64,000 nucleotides of DNA from Candidatus Babelota bacterium (GCA_965658655.1 CBFHTA010000001.1:200722-264721); one strand, 5' to 3'. Positions 1 to 10,237 are shown, numbered from the stretch's first letter. Program-made: numbers and translations. The notes: a model not told the origin generated them from the letters alone.

Positions 1-2116
1 CACAGAGATAGGCAACACTCTTCATGAGTGCTGAAAGCACCGCTCCCACTGCATCGGTTAAGAAGGTGACTTCGCTTAAAATACTGCTTACTACGTCTTT
101 TGCAAAGTAATCACCTTCTGATTTAAATGCTGACCAAGTTCCTCCTTGCCCAGCGGTAACTGCTGCCATTACGAGAGATTCTACAACCACCATGGCTTCG
201 GCAGTAAGTCGGAATGTATCGAAAGTGCCTTCAATGGTATAATTAGTAAGATCATCTAGGGAATCTACCAGGCCGTCTCCAAGAGCATCTAAAAGGCCGG
301 AGGTGTCTTTTGCGAAGCTTTCATCGTCTATAATTATTCCAAGACCTTGGCCAACAATTGAATCAGCTACAGATAACCCTGCTTTTACAATGTTGCCTAC
401 TTGATCTACTGTTTGGGCTAAATCGTTGCCCATGTTAGAGAATTCGCTGAATGATCGTTGGAAAAACTTTGCACCATCTTTAGGGTCTGCAATGGCAAGT
501 GCCGCAGCTGCAAAAAAGTATCCTGTACCTTTAAAAAAGTCTCCAATTCCATCTGCAAGGTCTTCTCCAAAAGCTTTACCGGCTTTTTTTATATTAGCCC
601 AAGCGCTTACTGCTGTTTTTGCAATGGCATCAGCTGCTGTTTTAAATGCATTGCCTACTGAGTGCCAAAAGCTATCCCAGCTTTGCACCGATGGTTGTTG
701 TTGTGATTGGCTTCCAGGCGAGTCGGCTACCAGCGGCATCATTTCTCTTATTCCTTCTAGGTATGGATAGTCGGCTGGTATATAGGGGAGAATATTGGGA
801 AACTGTTGTAAAAAACCTGGGTTTCTTTGTTCTAAAGAAACGAGTTTTTGCATTGTGGGTTCTAAATTTTCTGCAGTAAAAAGATAAGCCATATGTGCGT
901 TTAAAAACCTGATAGCATCAAAAGCGAGCATTCTTAAGAAGAGTGGTTGTGGCATTAGGCCATTCTCTGTTTCAGTAAAAAGATCATGAAATACAGGGTT
1001 CTTTGCAAGGTAGGGTCCAGACTCATTGCTGTTGTAACTAAAGATGAAATTACCAAAAGGGGTTAGGTAAGGTTGATTGTTTTTGTCTACGTTCATAATA
1101 AATTGTGCATACTCAGAAACAGTAAGACGTCCATTGGGTTCTCTGTATAGAAAGTGATTAAAGGCTGGAGCAATTTGTCCATTATGATTGATGATGGCGG
1201 CGCCTTGCGGAAACGGATACTTTCTAGAGCTTTTTAAGAGTGTTTGAATTTTTTGAGACAAATTGTAAAGCTGGCTTTCTCTGTACTGTTCCATTGCTCC
1301 ATAAAGTTCGTCTACGGTGTTGATTTTTGCCCAGTTTGTTTGTTGAATAGATCGCTCTCGCATATTGTCTGACAACACAAGTGAAAGACGAACAAGCTCT
1401 GCGCCATTACGAATATCTGTATATCCTTTGCTGTAGTACGCAGTTTCAAAGTTTGGAATATAAGTGAAAATTATTTTTTCTTCTTGGTGGATGCTTTTTA
1501 AAAGAGACATTCCATACTCTAAAGAATCAACAGCAAATTTTTTGTTGTATTCTTGCCAGAGTTGAGAGTCTATACAGCGTTGCAGTATTTGGTTATTGAG
1601 CTCTATTTGTTGTTGTTGAGAAAGTTCTTTTAAGTGTATGTTGCTTTCTTCGAGCGTAAGGGCTTGTATGAGAGCGTATAATCTTTTAATCGCGGTGAAA
1701 ATAAGAGGGGGTACGCGTAATGTTTCTTCATACATTAAGCTGATAGTTTTGTTTAAGTTGGGCAGTAGTTGGAACTGGGGATCTTCTGGGTTAGGAAATA
1801 AAGAGAAAAATTTTTCTAAAACTTCCATGCTTCCCGCCATTGTTTGTTTTTTTCGAGTTTCTTCCATGGCTTGCTGTTCTTCTTCTTTTTGTTCAGCAGA
1901 TATGCGGCGTTGTTTTTCCGATTGCTCTTGAGGGCTTTCTTCTTGTTCAGTAACTCGCTGTGCAGATTGGCTTTGCTCTGACGAGATTGTTTCTCTTTGA
2001 GACATTTGTTCTTGTTCTCGAATCTTTTCTTGCCGCGAAGCTACCTGTCTTTCTTCTTGTTCAGCTCCGTACATAAAAAAGAACAGAGAAAAAAGAATAC
2101 ATGTTATTTTTTTCAT
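1..2116 (-). CDS. Large secreted hypothetical protein, partial (>705 aa; 3' end runs off the window); absent from the ORF track
   Basis: Manual translation from the ATG at 2116-2114, which overlaps the upstream TGA as ATGA. It reads MKKITCILFSLFFFMYGAEQEERQ..., a signal peptide followed by a Q/E-rich region. The frame is stop-free to position 1. The later part is Ala/Gly-rich and amphipathic (SWDSFWHSVGNAFKTAADAIAKTAVSAWANIKKAGKAFGEDLADGIGDFFKG). Confidence 0.9.
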   Translation of the reverse strand, partial: MKKITCILFSLFFFMYGAEQEERQVASRQEKIREQEQMSQRETISSEQSQSAQRVTEQEESPQEQSEKQRRISAEQKEEEQQAMEETRKKQTMAGSMEVLEKFFSLFPNPEDPQFQLLPNLNKTISLMYEETLRVPPLIFTAIKRLYALIQALTLEESNIHLKELSQQQQIELNNQILQRCIDSQLWQEYNKKFAVDSLEYGMSLLKSIHQEEKIIFTYIPNFETAYYSKGYTDIRNGAELVRLSLVLSDNMRERSIQQTNWAKINTVDELYGAMEQYRESQLYNLSQKIQTLLKSSRKYPFPQGAAIINHNGQIAPAFNHFLYREPNGRLTVSEYAQFIMNVDKNNQPYLTPFGNFIFSYNSNESGPYLAKNPVFHDLFTETENGLMPQPLFLRMLAFDAIRFLNAHMAYLFTAENLEPTMQKLVSLEQRNPGFLQQFPNILPYIPADYPYLEGIREMMPLVADSPGSQSQQQPSVQSWDSFWHSVGNAFKTAADAIAKTAVSAWANIKKAGKAFGEDLADGIGDFFKGTGYFFAAAALAIADPKDGAKFFQRSFSEFSNMGNDLAQTVDQVGNIVKAGLSVADSIVGQGLGIIIDDESFAKDTSGLLDALGDGLVDSLDDLTNYTIEGTFDTFRLTAEAMVVVESLVMAAVTAGQGGTWSAFKSEGDYFAKDVVSSILSEVTFLTDAVGAVLSALMKSVAYLC

Positions 2117-5100
2117 GATCTGCCCACTTCTCTTGTTTCTGAAAGACCTATCTCTGTTTTAAATTTTTCTAACATACTTTCTGTGTACGCTAATTGCTGA
2201 GGTTGTATCAATTTGAATCCTGCTGAACATCCACCTGAAACAAATCCAATGTTGTGATAAATAAATACAAATGGATTACGATGAATAATGGTAGAAGGTC
2301 CAAATATAGGTATCATTCCTTGGTCTGTTTTTTCTTCAAGTTTTAGCATAATGCGCGTTGGTTGAGTTGCAGCGGTAAGAATATATGTTTTACCTACTTC
2401 TAAAGGAACAGAATTTTGTTCTTTATTTGGATACAAAGGATTTGGAATAAGAGATCTATATTTTTCTTCCCATTCTCTTTTTGTTGTTGGCAACGCAAGA
2501 ACTTGCTCAAGAGCTGTGAGAGATGTTTTTTCCTGTAATTGATTTTTCTCTGAGATATATGCCGTTTCTGCTGCGCGAAGAGAAATCTCTTTATCAGGTG
2601 CTCCATATAAGCCAAAGAGACGATGTTGTTTTCTCAAATCAGAAGAGCCAGAAATCCACCGGCCACCGTTAAAGAAGATACCGGCAAAGAATGGGAATTG
2701 TGCATTGTAGATTTTCATTTCTACTTGAACAATATAGGTCATAACTCCGTCTTTGTTTAAGATAACTGGAGGAATGTACTCGGTAAAGATACTGTTTTGT
2801 AGGGCTTGAGCGGCATCGCCTTGAGGGGCAGAGCTGCTAGTAATGGGTTGCATAAGGTATTGAATGAAAGCATTTTCATCGGGATTAAAAATCCAGTTAC
2901 CTGCTCGAAACGGATTGTACCATGTATGTGCAACAGGATTGGTTGGGAACTGTTCGGGAATGTTAAATTGTTGGGTAAAGATAATTGGATTATTGGTCTC
3001 TCGCGAAGATTTTTCTCCTACAATCCATTCTCCTGTACCTGGAGCGGTAGGAGCATCTGATTGGCTTTGCTTTACAATCCATCCTGCAGCCCTTTGTTTG
3101 AGGATAGGAGGATTTTTAGGGCGAACAATCCATGGGCTATCTTCATTTCCACGGGGGAACAATGGTTCCTGTGCGCTTGGTGTTAACATTGGGCTATAGT
3201 AAAAATATTGGTCATACATCATGGGTTCGGAGAGGTAGATGTGTTGTGGTGTAAATCCTGAAATTGATTGTACAACATAATTTATCTCGTGAACGGTTCC
3301 TGTGCCTAGTTGTTTATTAATTTTTAGTATATCAAGAAGCATTTTTGCCTTGTTTGCATCGAGCTGTCTCAGACTAGCTTTTTTAGTAAGTTCTATTTGA
3401 GAAAGTTCTGATTGAAGTCCTGAGCTAATTTTGTTTCTTTGTTGTGTCATCGAAATATATTCTTTTGCTTGCGCTTGGTTTTCCCAAGAAATAGCAAGTT
3501 GTCCACCCATCATCATGTCCATAAAGAGTGTCATAGAAACAGCCATATGGATCATTGGATAGTTAGCTGCGAATGCTCGGTTTATATTTCCCATCATTCT
3601 TAGAACGCGTCCACTTTTTGTAAGGGGTGTCATAAGCTCTTCTCTAAATGCTTTTACTTCTTGAAGGAGTTCTGTTGTATCCTTGGTAAGTACACCGGTA
3701 CCTCCAAGTCCTGCTTCACTCAGACGAAGTGCTTCGGCGGCTTGGCCAATTTCCTCTCCCGCTCCTTCATTCAAAGCGCGTAAACTTCGACCAATCATTC
3801 TTCTTGATCCGCCTCTAAGCCATCGCCATGCTCTACCAAATGCAGTTTCTGGCCCTTCTGATTCTAATGCTTCAGCGGCTTGTCCGCGTATTTGTGACAT
3901 TCTCGCTCTTATTGCTCCTGAAAGGCCATCCCCTTCATTTGCAGCGGCTGCACTTTCACTCAACTCTGCAATTTCATCTTCTGTTACGCTTTTGGTAAGG
4001 AGCTTCCCGAATCCTTTTTTTGCAAGTCTTGAAGCCAATTTCTTGCCTTGTGCTGCAAATTCTTCTACTGTGTCACTCGCTTGTTCTAGTGCTTCGGGAG
4101 TCAAATCAGCGGCAGCAAGTGCTCCTTCGCTCATAGAAGCTGTTATGTCTGCCATGTCGACAGCCTCGGGTAAAAACCTGCCAATCAGGCTCCATAGTCC
4201 TCTCATAGGACCTGTAGCTAGCTTCATACCTACTTCAAGAACTTTACTTATGGCTGTTTTTCCAGGAACATACTCGAAGGCATCTTGAAGCCCTTTCCCC
4301 ACCCATTTAAGTCCTTTCCACAAGGATTGGAGTCTTTGCGCTGTTTTACTTAGAGCGCCTTCTATTTCGTCAGTGTCAACGAGCTCAGATGTAGCTTCGT
4401 TTGCTTCTGTGCTGAGATTAACGATCTCTTCTTCGACTGATTCTGCGTCAGCAGCATTTAACCCTTCAGCCCCTACGGACGAGGCTCCGTCTGCATCTTC
4501 TGCGGCTTGTGATGCAGTAACGCCTGCTATGGCATCGCGTGCAGCCTCCTCTATTGCCTCTTGCACAGCATCTTCTTCGGCTGATGCTATTGCTTCTTCC
4601 GTAGCTTCGACTGCAGCATCCATTGCTTGTACTCTGGGTTGATACAAATATTTTTTGCTTTCATTAAGTAGGAGCCACTGTTTGCGTTGGCTACTCCAAA
4701 ATGCCATGAGCTCGGGAAGGTCCTTGTGTTCGTTAATAACAGCATGAGCAAGAGTTGAAGGGTACGTGCTAAAAATGTGTTCGCGTTCAAGTTGTGCGTA
4801 CGAGAGTAATTGATTTGTGAGGTTTAAATTCGAGTAAGAACGTCTAAAAAGTTGTGCAGTTTTTCTTTTTAATTCTTTAAAGTGTTTTTTACAAAACCCA
4901 GAGGCCTGTTTATGGAGTGGTAAACAGTAGCTCATTTTTTTTGCTATATGCTTAAGCCAATGTGCCTGTGCAATTAAGATTCCTGCTTTGTAACCAATGA
5001 ATTCTTTATCTTGTTCGTCAGCAGTTTCATATATAAGGCGACGTTGTTCTATCTCTTGCTCTAAGATACGTACTGCTTCTTGAGCGGCCTCTATTTGTTC

Positions 5101-5277
5101 GTGTACAGAGCTTTTTTCGATAGTATGCAGTAATTCTTGTACTTGGTTGTTTTGTCGAACAGAAAGTCTTAAATCGGGAGTAGAGAAAATTTGTGTGATG
5201 GGAACATTGTGCGGATATTCTTGTGGATGTAAAACAGAGGTAGCAAGTAGCAATAGAAAAAATCTTTTATACATCAT
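2113..5277 (-). CDS. Large secreted hypothetical protein (1054 aa) with acidic Ala/Glu-rich, amphipathic and coiled-coil regions
   Basis: Long ORF with signal peptide MYKRFFLLLLATSVLHP; ATGA overlaps with both neighbours; no recognisable catalytic motif. Confidence 0.88.
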   Translation of the reverse strand: MMYKRFFLLLLATSVLHPQEYPHNVPITQIFSTPDLRLSVRQNNQVQELLHTIEKSSVHEQIEAAQEAVRILEQEIEQRRLIYETADEQDKEFIGYKAGILIAQAHWLKHIAKKMSYCLPLHKQASGFCKKHFKELKRKTAQLFRRSYSNLNLTNQLLSYAQLEREHIFSTYPSTLAHAVINEHKDLPELMAFWSSQRKQWLLLNESKKYLYQPRVQAMDAAVEATEEAIASAEEDAVQEAIEEAARDAIAGVTASQAAEDADGASSVGAEGLNAADAESVEEEIVNLSTEANEATSELVDTDEIEGALSKTAQRLQSLWKGLKWVGKGLQDAFEYVPGKTAISKVLEVGMKLATGPMRGLWSLIGRFLPEAVDMADITASMSEGALAAADLTPEALEQASDTVEEFAAQGKKLASRLAKKGFGKLLTKSVTEDEIAELSESAAAANEGDGLSGAIRARMSQIRGQAAEALESEGPETAFGRAWRWLRGGSRRMIGRSLRALNEGAGEEIGQAAEALRLSEAGLGGTGVLTKDTTELLQEVKAFREELMTPLTKSGRVLRMMGNINRAFAANYPMIHMAVSMTLFMDMMMGGQLAISWENQAQAKEYISMTQQRNKISSGLQSELSQIELTKKASLRQLDANKAKMLLDILKINKQLGTGTVHEINYVVQSISGFTPQHIYLSEPMMYDQYFYYSPMLTPSAQEPLFPRGNEDSPWIVRPKNPPILKQRAAGWIVKQSQSDAPTAPGTGEWIVGEKSSRETNNPIIFTQQFNIPEQFPTNPVAHTWYNPFRAGNWIFNPDENAFIQYLMQPITSSSAPQGDAAQALQNSIFTEYIPPVILNKDGVMTYIVQVEMKIYNAQFPFFAGIFFNGGRWISGSSDLRKQHRLFGLYGAPDKEISLRAAETAYISEKNQLQEKTSLTALEQVLALPTTKREWEEKYRSLIPNPLYPNKEQNSVPLEVGKTYILTAATQPTRIMLKLEEKTDQGMIPIFGPSTIIHRNPFVFIYHNIGFVSGGCSAGFKLIQPQQLAYTESMLEKFKTEIGLSETREVGRS

Positions 5278-8200
5278 AATACAACTCCTCCGCCTGGAGT
5301 ATCCGTTGTAATGTTTTGAGGAAGCAATTGTGCATTAAGACGTTGGCTTAATGGAAGGGGCCCTGTTCCTCCGATGTTTGTTTGTCCGGAAACGGTTGAA
5401 GCATTAATTTGGTGAGTTTGAGACATGCGTTGTAGCTCCGCCCGTTTTGCTTTTAAGTAAATGGAGCATTTCCCCATCGCCTGTTTAATTTGAGGGTTAG
5501 ACTGAATATCATTAAAAGATGTTTCTCTGTCTGGTAGTGCTAGTGCAGAAGCAAAGATAACGCTTATGCAAGGATCAAAAATATCAAGATTTAAAATAGA
5601 AGAGAAGTCTCCAAGGCATCCTCTTAGTACGGTAACAACACCAGGGATATTGTCGGGTTTTTTATTTGAAAATCCAGGGGAGTTGAGCCATGGAGGTTGT
5701 GCATAAATAGGTTGTTCGTACAACCGGATTAACGCTCTTCTAGGGTCGACGGGATTTTTAGCAAAGATAGGGATGTTTGCATAAAAGCCACTGATTCCTG
5801 GAGGAACATTGTCTGGGAAAAAAGCAAAATTATATGACTTTACCTTTACATCTTGTTGTTGGCCTTGTGCATCTTCTACTCGATAGGTGGTTGTTTTTGT
5901 AGATGCTGGAATGTTTAACTTTTTAATCCATTGAATAGATTGTGCTGCTTTACCGGTTAGTTCTTGAGCAGGTTGATAGGCCTGAGGATCTTCATTTGGT
6001 TGCACATTATTAGGTTGCTGAGTATCTATAAAGAAGAATTTATTAAACGAGAAGTTCCCATAGTTTACTTCGTTGTTATAAGTTTTTCCATCAAGAGGAT
6101 CAATAGTGCTTCCTTCTAAAGCAAGAATCATGGGGAAGGTTGGGAAGGGAACAACTTCTGTGTTTTCTATGATTCTTGCAAGCTGTGGAAGCATGCGAAT
6201 ACCACCAAGGGTTTCTTTGTTGTAAAAAAAGATTGGAGGGTTCAGTTTTTCCATTTCTGTCCCACGTAGTTTTTCTGTTATGTTGCGAGCATATTCTTCG
6301 AATTTTGTAAGCCCTACGTAGCCGTTAGATTCGTATTGTTGCAAGGTTGAACAGTAGAGGTTAAAGAAGATTAGATATTGTTTTAGTACCCACAAAAACG
6401 ATGTTTTGGTTTTGGTAAAGTTCATAGTGTTTTCGATTAATGTTCCCATTGTTTGCAGGTGTGCTGCAGGTGTGCCGGCTAAGAGAGATGTCCGCCCTTC
6501 TTCTGTTATAGACTGAGCAGTAGCGGATTGTTTAAGTTCTTGAAAGTCACGAACAAGTAGTCTTTTTTGGACAATGTTTAAATCAGAGAAATTAAACTTT
6601 GGATTAGAAAGCGCTTGCCCAATTGCTTGGTATTCTTGTTCTTCATTTGAAGGCATGCGCCCCATAATGTTTTGTAAGGATGGGTTTGTATTATTTTGTT
6701 TCTGAAGGGTTAGCAAGAGGGTTAGGAAAGAGGCGTTGTTTGATTTTTTGTTTATTGTGAACAGTTCTGATAGGGCCTGTTTGGGAGAAATTGGTGGATT
6801 GCTTTGAGTGTCTCCTGGTTGTGCTCGAGGTGTTTCTTCTGGGAGCATGTTAAATGAGAATCGATTCCCATTTTCTTGAAGAATTTTATCTACTGTATTG
6901 AGGGCTAAGTATTGGTTTGACGAGATGCCCTGGAATAAAGCTTGTTGTAAAAGAGGATTGCTAGAAAAAATGGTTCGGAGTCCTTCACTTGCTTGTTGAT
7001 GTTCGTATAGGCGCGTTTGAACTACTGTAACAAGCCCTTGATACATTCGTAACAATAATTGCTGTTGTCGTTTAGAAAACTGTTCAAAATTTTTGAATTG
7101 ACTAGAATTTATGTCGCCACATAACCGAGAGAGTTCGTCTAGCTCTTCTTGAGAAAATTGAGAAAGCATCTCTTCTTTATTGAGAGGTTTAAATGTATAG
7201 GTGGTGAAAACGTTTAATGCTTTTTCAATAGATCTTGTTTGAATGCTATTAAGATCTGCAAGGGAGATTGGCCCTTGCTCAAGTTCGTGGCCAACACCTA
7301 CTAAAATATTCTTTTCTAATCTTGAAAAAGCATTGGAAGTTGAAGACCCAACCATAATGAACCCAAGGCTTATGACTTCTCTTTCTGATGGAGTCATTTC
7401 ATCAAACTGTAAGCTTTGTTTCCCTTGCTTGCCTGTAAGTTTTACAGCAAGATTTTTAAGTTGAATTTGCTCCATGGGAGTAAGGGTTTGCATTTCTGGA
7501 TTAAGAACTCCGAGCTTTTTCACAATAGCCTCTAACATGGTAGAGGTTCGCTGTTCATAGCTTTGAAGAACAAAACCAAGTACTCCATTAAAAGCATTTA
7601 AAACTTCAGGAGAAAGAGATTCTTCATTATTGGAATTAATCATTTTTCCTAGTTGTTCTGCGATTGAAACTTGTTGACTCAGAGGGACCCCGTAGACCAG
7701 TTGCTTAATTGTTTCTTTAAAAATGTTCATTTGTTGTTTGGTCATTCCCTCAGTTGATCCTGATTCTATAGTTTTAATGATCTGTTGATAGTTTGACTCG
7801 GAAGTGTTTTGAGCGTGTTCGCCCACAATAGTATTAATTGCGGCAACAACAGCTTGAGCGACAGGCCGATTCTTTACTAATGGTTTTACAAAACCTGCTC
7901 CTTGATAAATAATTTTAAGACCTTGTTCAAGATCTCTAATGTTAATTTCTTTATTTCTTCTTATTAATTCTTGAGCTTCAGGTGAAGTGAGGGTTGAGTA
8001 GAGTTGTATGGCATCGTTATTAGAAACGGGAGAAGCTCCAATGGCAGTTAATACCGCAGTTTCTAAATCTAAAACAAGAGCATCGGGGTTACTCAATGTG
8101 TCTCTGTGAATTGTTCTCATGCCAGATTGTATGGAATAAGAAAGAGGTACTCCTGGTAAAAGTGTAAGGAGCGCTTGAGTGAGTTGAGATTGAATAACTT

Positions 8201-8861
8201 TAACTAATTGATTAATGATTAATGTTTTTTTATTTAATCCAAAACGTTTTTCTAATGCAAGATAGCTTTTAATGTCGGTAATATAAGTCATATTTAAAGT
8301 GATATAAATACCAACCAAGTGAGTATAAATTTGGTGTAAAGCAACAATATGAAGATTGCGAAACATTGGAATGAAAGTAGGGACTTCATGTACAGCGTCA
8401 ATAAAGTTTTGATAGGCGCGGCCTAATTCAGGATCGTTGAAAAGTTGACCTGTAGTTATTGGTGTACGGTGTTGTTGTGTGCAGCTTAACATTGCGCCAT
8501 TACTCATAGCATGTGCGCCGGCAGGAACCTTGTTATTTTCTCCTGGGCGAATTTTGTATGTTTGTCCAGAAAGTGCAAGTCCAGATCGTGGTCCATGAAG
8601 GGCTCTAATTTTTGGACCGTTAGGTATTTGCTTATCAGCAAGGAATGCGTTGAGTGCACCTGGAGTTGCAGAGGGTGCAGGGTGAGGCATAGCTTGGCGC
8701 ATTGAAGAAGGTTGTTGTTCTAGTTGTGGAGGCACAAGCATTTTTGGTTGAGTTGATACATGCATAGTTTGGTAACCCGATGGCGGAGGTGGAGGTGGAG
8801 GTGGTGCATGGAGTGAAAGAGTTACCAACAGTGGGGTAAGAATAATGTAGCGTTTTTTCAT
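5274..8861 (-). CDS. Large secreted hypothetical protein (1195 aa) with an N-terminal poly-Pro tract
   Basis: Signal peptide MKKRYIILTPLLVTLSLHA followed by 8 prolines; AAGGA RBS upstream; Gln-rich, apparently helical body. Confidence 0.88.
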   Translation of the reverse strand: MKKRYIILTPLLVTLSLHAPPPPPPPPSGYQTMHVSTQPKMLVPPQLEQQPSSMRQAMPHPAPSATPGALNAFLADKQIPNGPKIRALHGPRSGLALSGQTYKIRPGENNKVPAGAHAMSNGAMLSCTQQHRTPITTGQLFNDPELGRAYQNFIDAVHEVPTFIPMFRNLHIVALHQIYTHLVGIYITLNMTYITDIKSYLALEKRFGLNKKTLIINQLVKVIQSQLTQALLTLLPGVPLSYSIQSGMRTIHRDTLSNPDALVLDLETAVLTAIGASPVSNNDAIQLYSTLTSPEAQELIRRNKEINIRDLEQGLKIIYQGAGFVKPLVKNRPVAQAVVAAINTIVGEHAQNTSESNYQQIIKTIESGSTEGMTKQQMNIFKETIKQLVYGVPLSQQVSIAEQLGKMINSNNEESLSPEVLNAFNGVLGFVLQSYEQRTSTMLEAIVKKLGVLNPEMQTLTPMEQIQLKNLAVKLTGKQGKQSLQFDEMTPSEREVISLGFIMVGSSTSNAFSRLEKNILVGVGHELEQGPISLADLNSIQTRSIEKALNVFTTYTFKPLNKEEMLSQFSQEELDELSRLCGDINSSQFKNFEQFSKRQQQLLLRMYQGLVTVVQTRLYEHQQASEGLRTIFSSNPLLQQALFQGISSNQYLALNTVDKILQENGNRFSFNMLPEETPRAQPGDTQSNPPISPKQALSELFTINKKSNNASFLTLLLTLQKQNNTNPSLQNIMGRMPSNEEQEYQAIGQALSNPKFNFSDLNIVQKRLLVRDFQELKQSATAQSITEEGRTSLLAGTPAAHLQTMGTLIENTMNFTKTKTSFLWVLKQYLIFFNLYCSTLQQYESNGYVGLTKFEEYARNITEKLRGTEMEKLNPPIFFYNKETLGGIRMLPQLARIIENTEVVPFPTFPMILALEGSTIDPLDGKTYNNEVNYGNFSFNKFFFIDTQQPNNVQPNEDPQAYQPAQELTGKAAQSIQWIKKLNIPASTKTTTYRVEDAQGQQQDVKVKSYNFAFFPDNVPPGISGFYANIPIFAKNPVDPRRALIRLYEQPIYAQPPWLNSPGFSNKKPDNIPGVVTVLRGCLGDFSSILNLDIFDPCISVIFASALALPDRETSFNDIQSNPQIKQAMGKCSIYLKAKRAELQRMSQTHQINASTVSGQTNIGGTGPLPLSQRLNAQLLPQNITTDTPGGGVVL

Positions 8862-9019
8862 TACTTAATCCTTTTTTATCCGATAATGTTGTAACCTTAA
8901 GATGAATAGCTTTCACCCTATAGCACAGACCCTCTATGAATCAATGTTTTTTTTCGGTATGCTGCAAATGCTTATTAGTCATTTGTTTACCCAACTTGTT
9001 TTTGAGGCGAGGAGATTTT

Positions 9020-10228
9020 ATGAAAATGCTTAGAACTTTTTTATGGTTATTACTTTTATCGGGAGGAGGCTGGGTCGGATACAATGTTTATCAGTACTTT
9101 TTTAATATCAGCGTCCCAGAGTCGTTTTTAAGTGGGGTAAAAGAAGGAGGTTATTATGCAGGAGATATTTCCTGTGTTGTGAACGGATCTCATTCTTATA
9201 AAGTCGGCAAAATATCTGTTTTTTTGGATGGAACGCCGTTGATTTATAATTTTTCTATTGGAAAAAAATCATTTGAACATCCATTTGCATTAAATTCTCG
9301 CACACTTACTAACGGAGCACATGTTTTAAAAGTAAGCCTTACAGATGGGACTTTTAAAAAGAATGAATGTGTTAAAGAGTATAATTTTAATGTTGACAAT
9401 ACTCCTCTTCAGGCTGCCTTCCTTCGGCAATCTAATGATTCACGAGTATTTCAAGGGAGAACCTTGCATGTACAGTTTCAATCGAGTAAGCCTTTAAAAG
9501 ATGCGCAAGTTCATTTGTTAAGTAAAAAATACGCTTGTTTCCCAGAGGCAAAAGATTCACTTATTTATGAAACTTATATTCCTGTTGAGTGTGAGCAGAA
9601 ACCTAATGAGTATCCTTTCTCTATCGATTGTATTGATCCAGTTGACAATGTGGTGACACTTGAAGGCAAGTTGCAAGTAGTGGCGTTTCCATTCAAGAAA
9701 CAACGTTTACATGTGAGTGCTGAAAAGATAAAAGAAGAAAAAGAAATGGGAGTTTCGCAGCAACTCTTGGAAGATCAAATTAAAATGTTGCTTGAAAAGT
9801 CTCCAAGTAAAAAACTTTGGAATGGTGCGTTTTACACTCCTTGTGAAGTACAATGGATTGCAACAGAATATGGAGTTGTACGAACAACTCAAGAAAAAGG
9901 AATGTATGCCCATAAGGCTATAGATATTGCCAATACTCCAAAAAGTGTTGTGTGGGCGCCCCAAGATGGAGTGGTTGTTGTAAAAGAACGTTATGCTTAT
10001 AGCGGCAACACTGTTGTTATTGATCATGGCCATAAAATTTTCTCACTCTTCTTTCACCTTGATTCATTTCCAGAAGGATTAGAAGCGGGCCAACCAATTA
10101 AAAAAGGAAGTCCTCTCGGGACACTTGGGAAAACTGGCTATGCTTCTGGGTATCATTTGCATTGGGAACAGCGTATTAATAATATTCCTGTTGATCCAAT
10201 GCAGTGGACAAAATCAATGCTGACATAA
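9020..10228 (+). CDS. M23 family metallopeptidase (peptidoglycan hydrolase-like), N-terminally anchored
   Basis: HKAID (HxxxD) and HLH motifs, GNTVVIDHG, PVDPM. The start was moved from 8936 to the ATG at 9020, which follows an AGGAG RBS. Confidence 0.9.
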   Translation: MKMLRTFLWLLLLSGGGWVGYNVYQYFFNISVPESFLSGVKEGGYYAGDISCVVNGSHSYKVGKISVFLDGTPLIYNFSIGKKSFEHPFALNSRTLTNGAHVLKVSLTDGTFKKNECVKEYNFNVDNTPLQAAFLRQSNDSRVFQGRTLHVQFQSSKPLKDAQVHLLSKKYACFPEAKDSLIYETYIPVECEQKPNEYPFSIDCIDPVDNVVTLEGKLQVVAFPFKKQRLHVSAEKIKEEKEMGVSQQLLEDQIKMLLEKSPSKKLWNGAFYTPCEVQWIATEYGVVRTTQEKGMYAHKAIDIANTPKSVVWAPQDGVVVVKERYAYSGNTVVIDHGHKIFSLFFHLDSFPEGLEAGQPIKKGSPLGTLGKTGYASGYHLHWEQRINNIPVDPMQWTKSMLT

Positions 10229-10237
10229 AAGTTATGC

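Noticed and set aside
426..4790. Short ORFs in the track such as 426-770, 1638-1931, 3683-4288 and 4373-4642
   Set aside because: They are antisense or alternate-frame shadows of the long minus-strand genes, with no RBS or family motifs.
1..5277. Phage tape-measure proteins (Ala/Gly/Trp-rich helices)
   Set aside because: The proteins have signal peptides, and no phage structural, terminase or integrase genes appear in the window.
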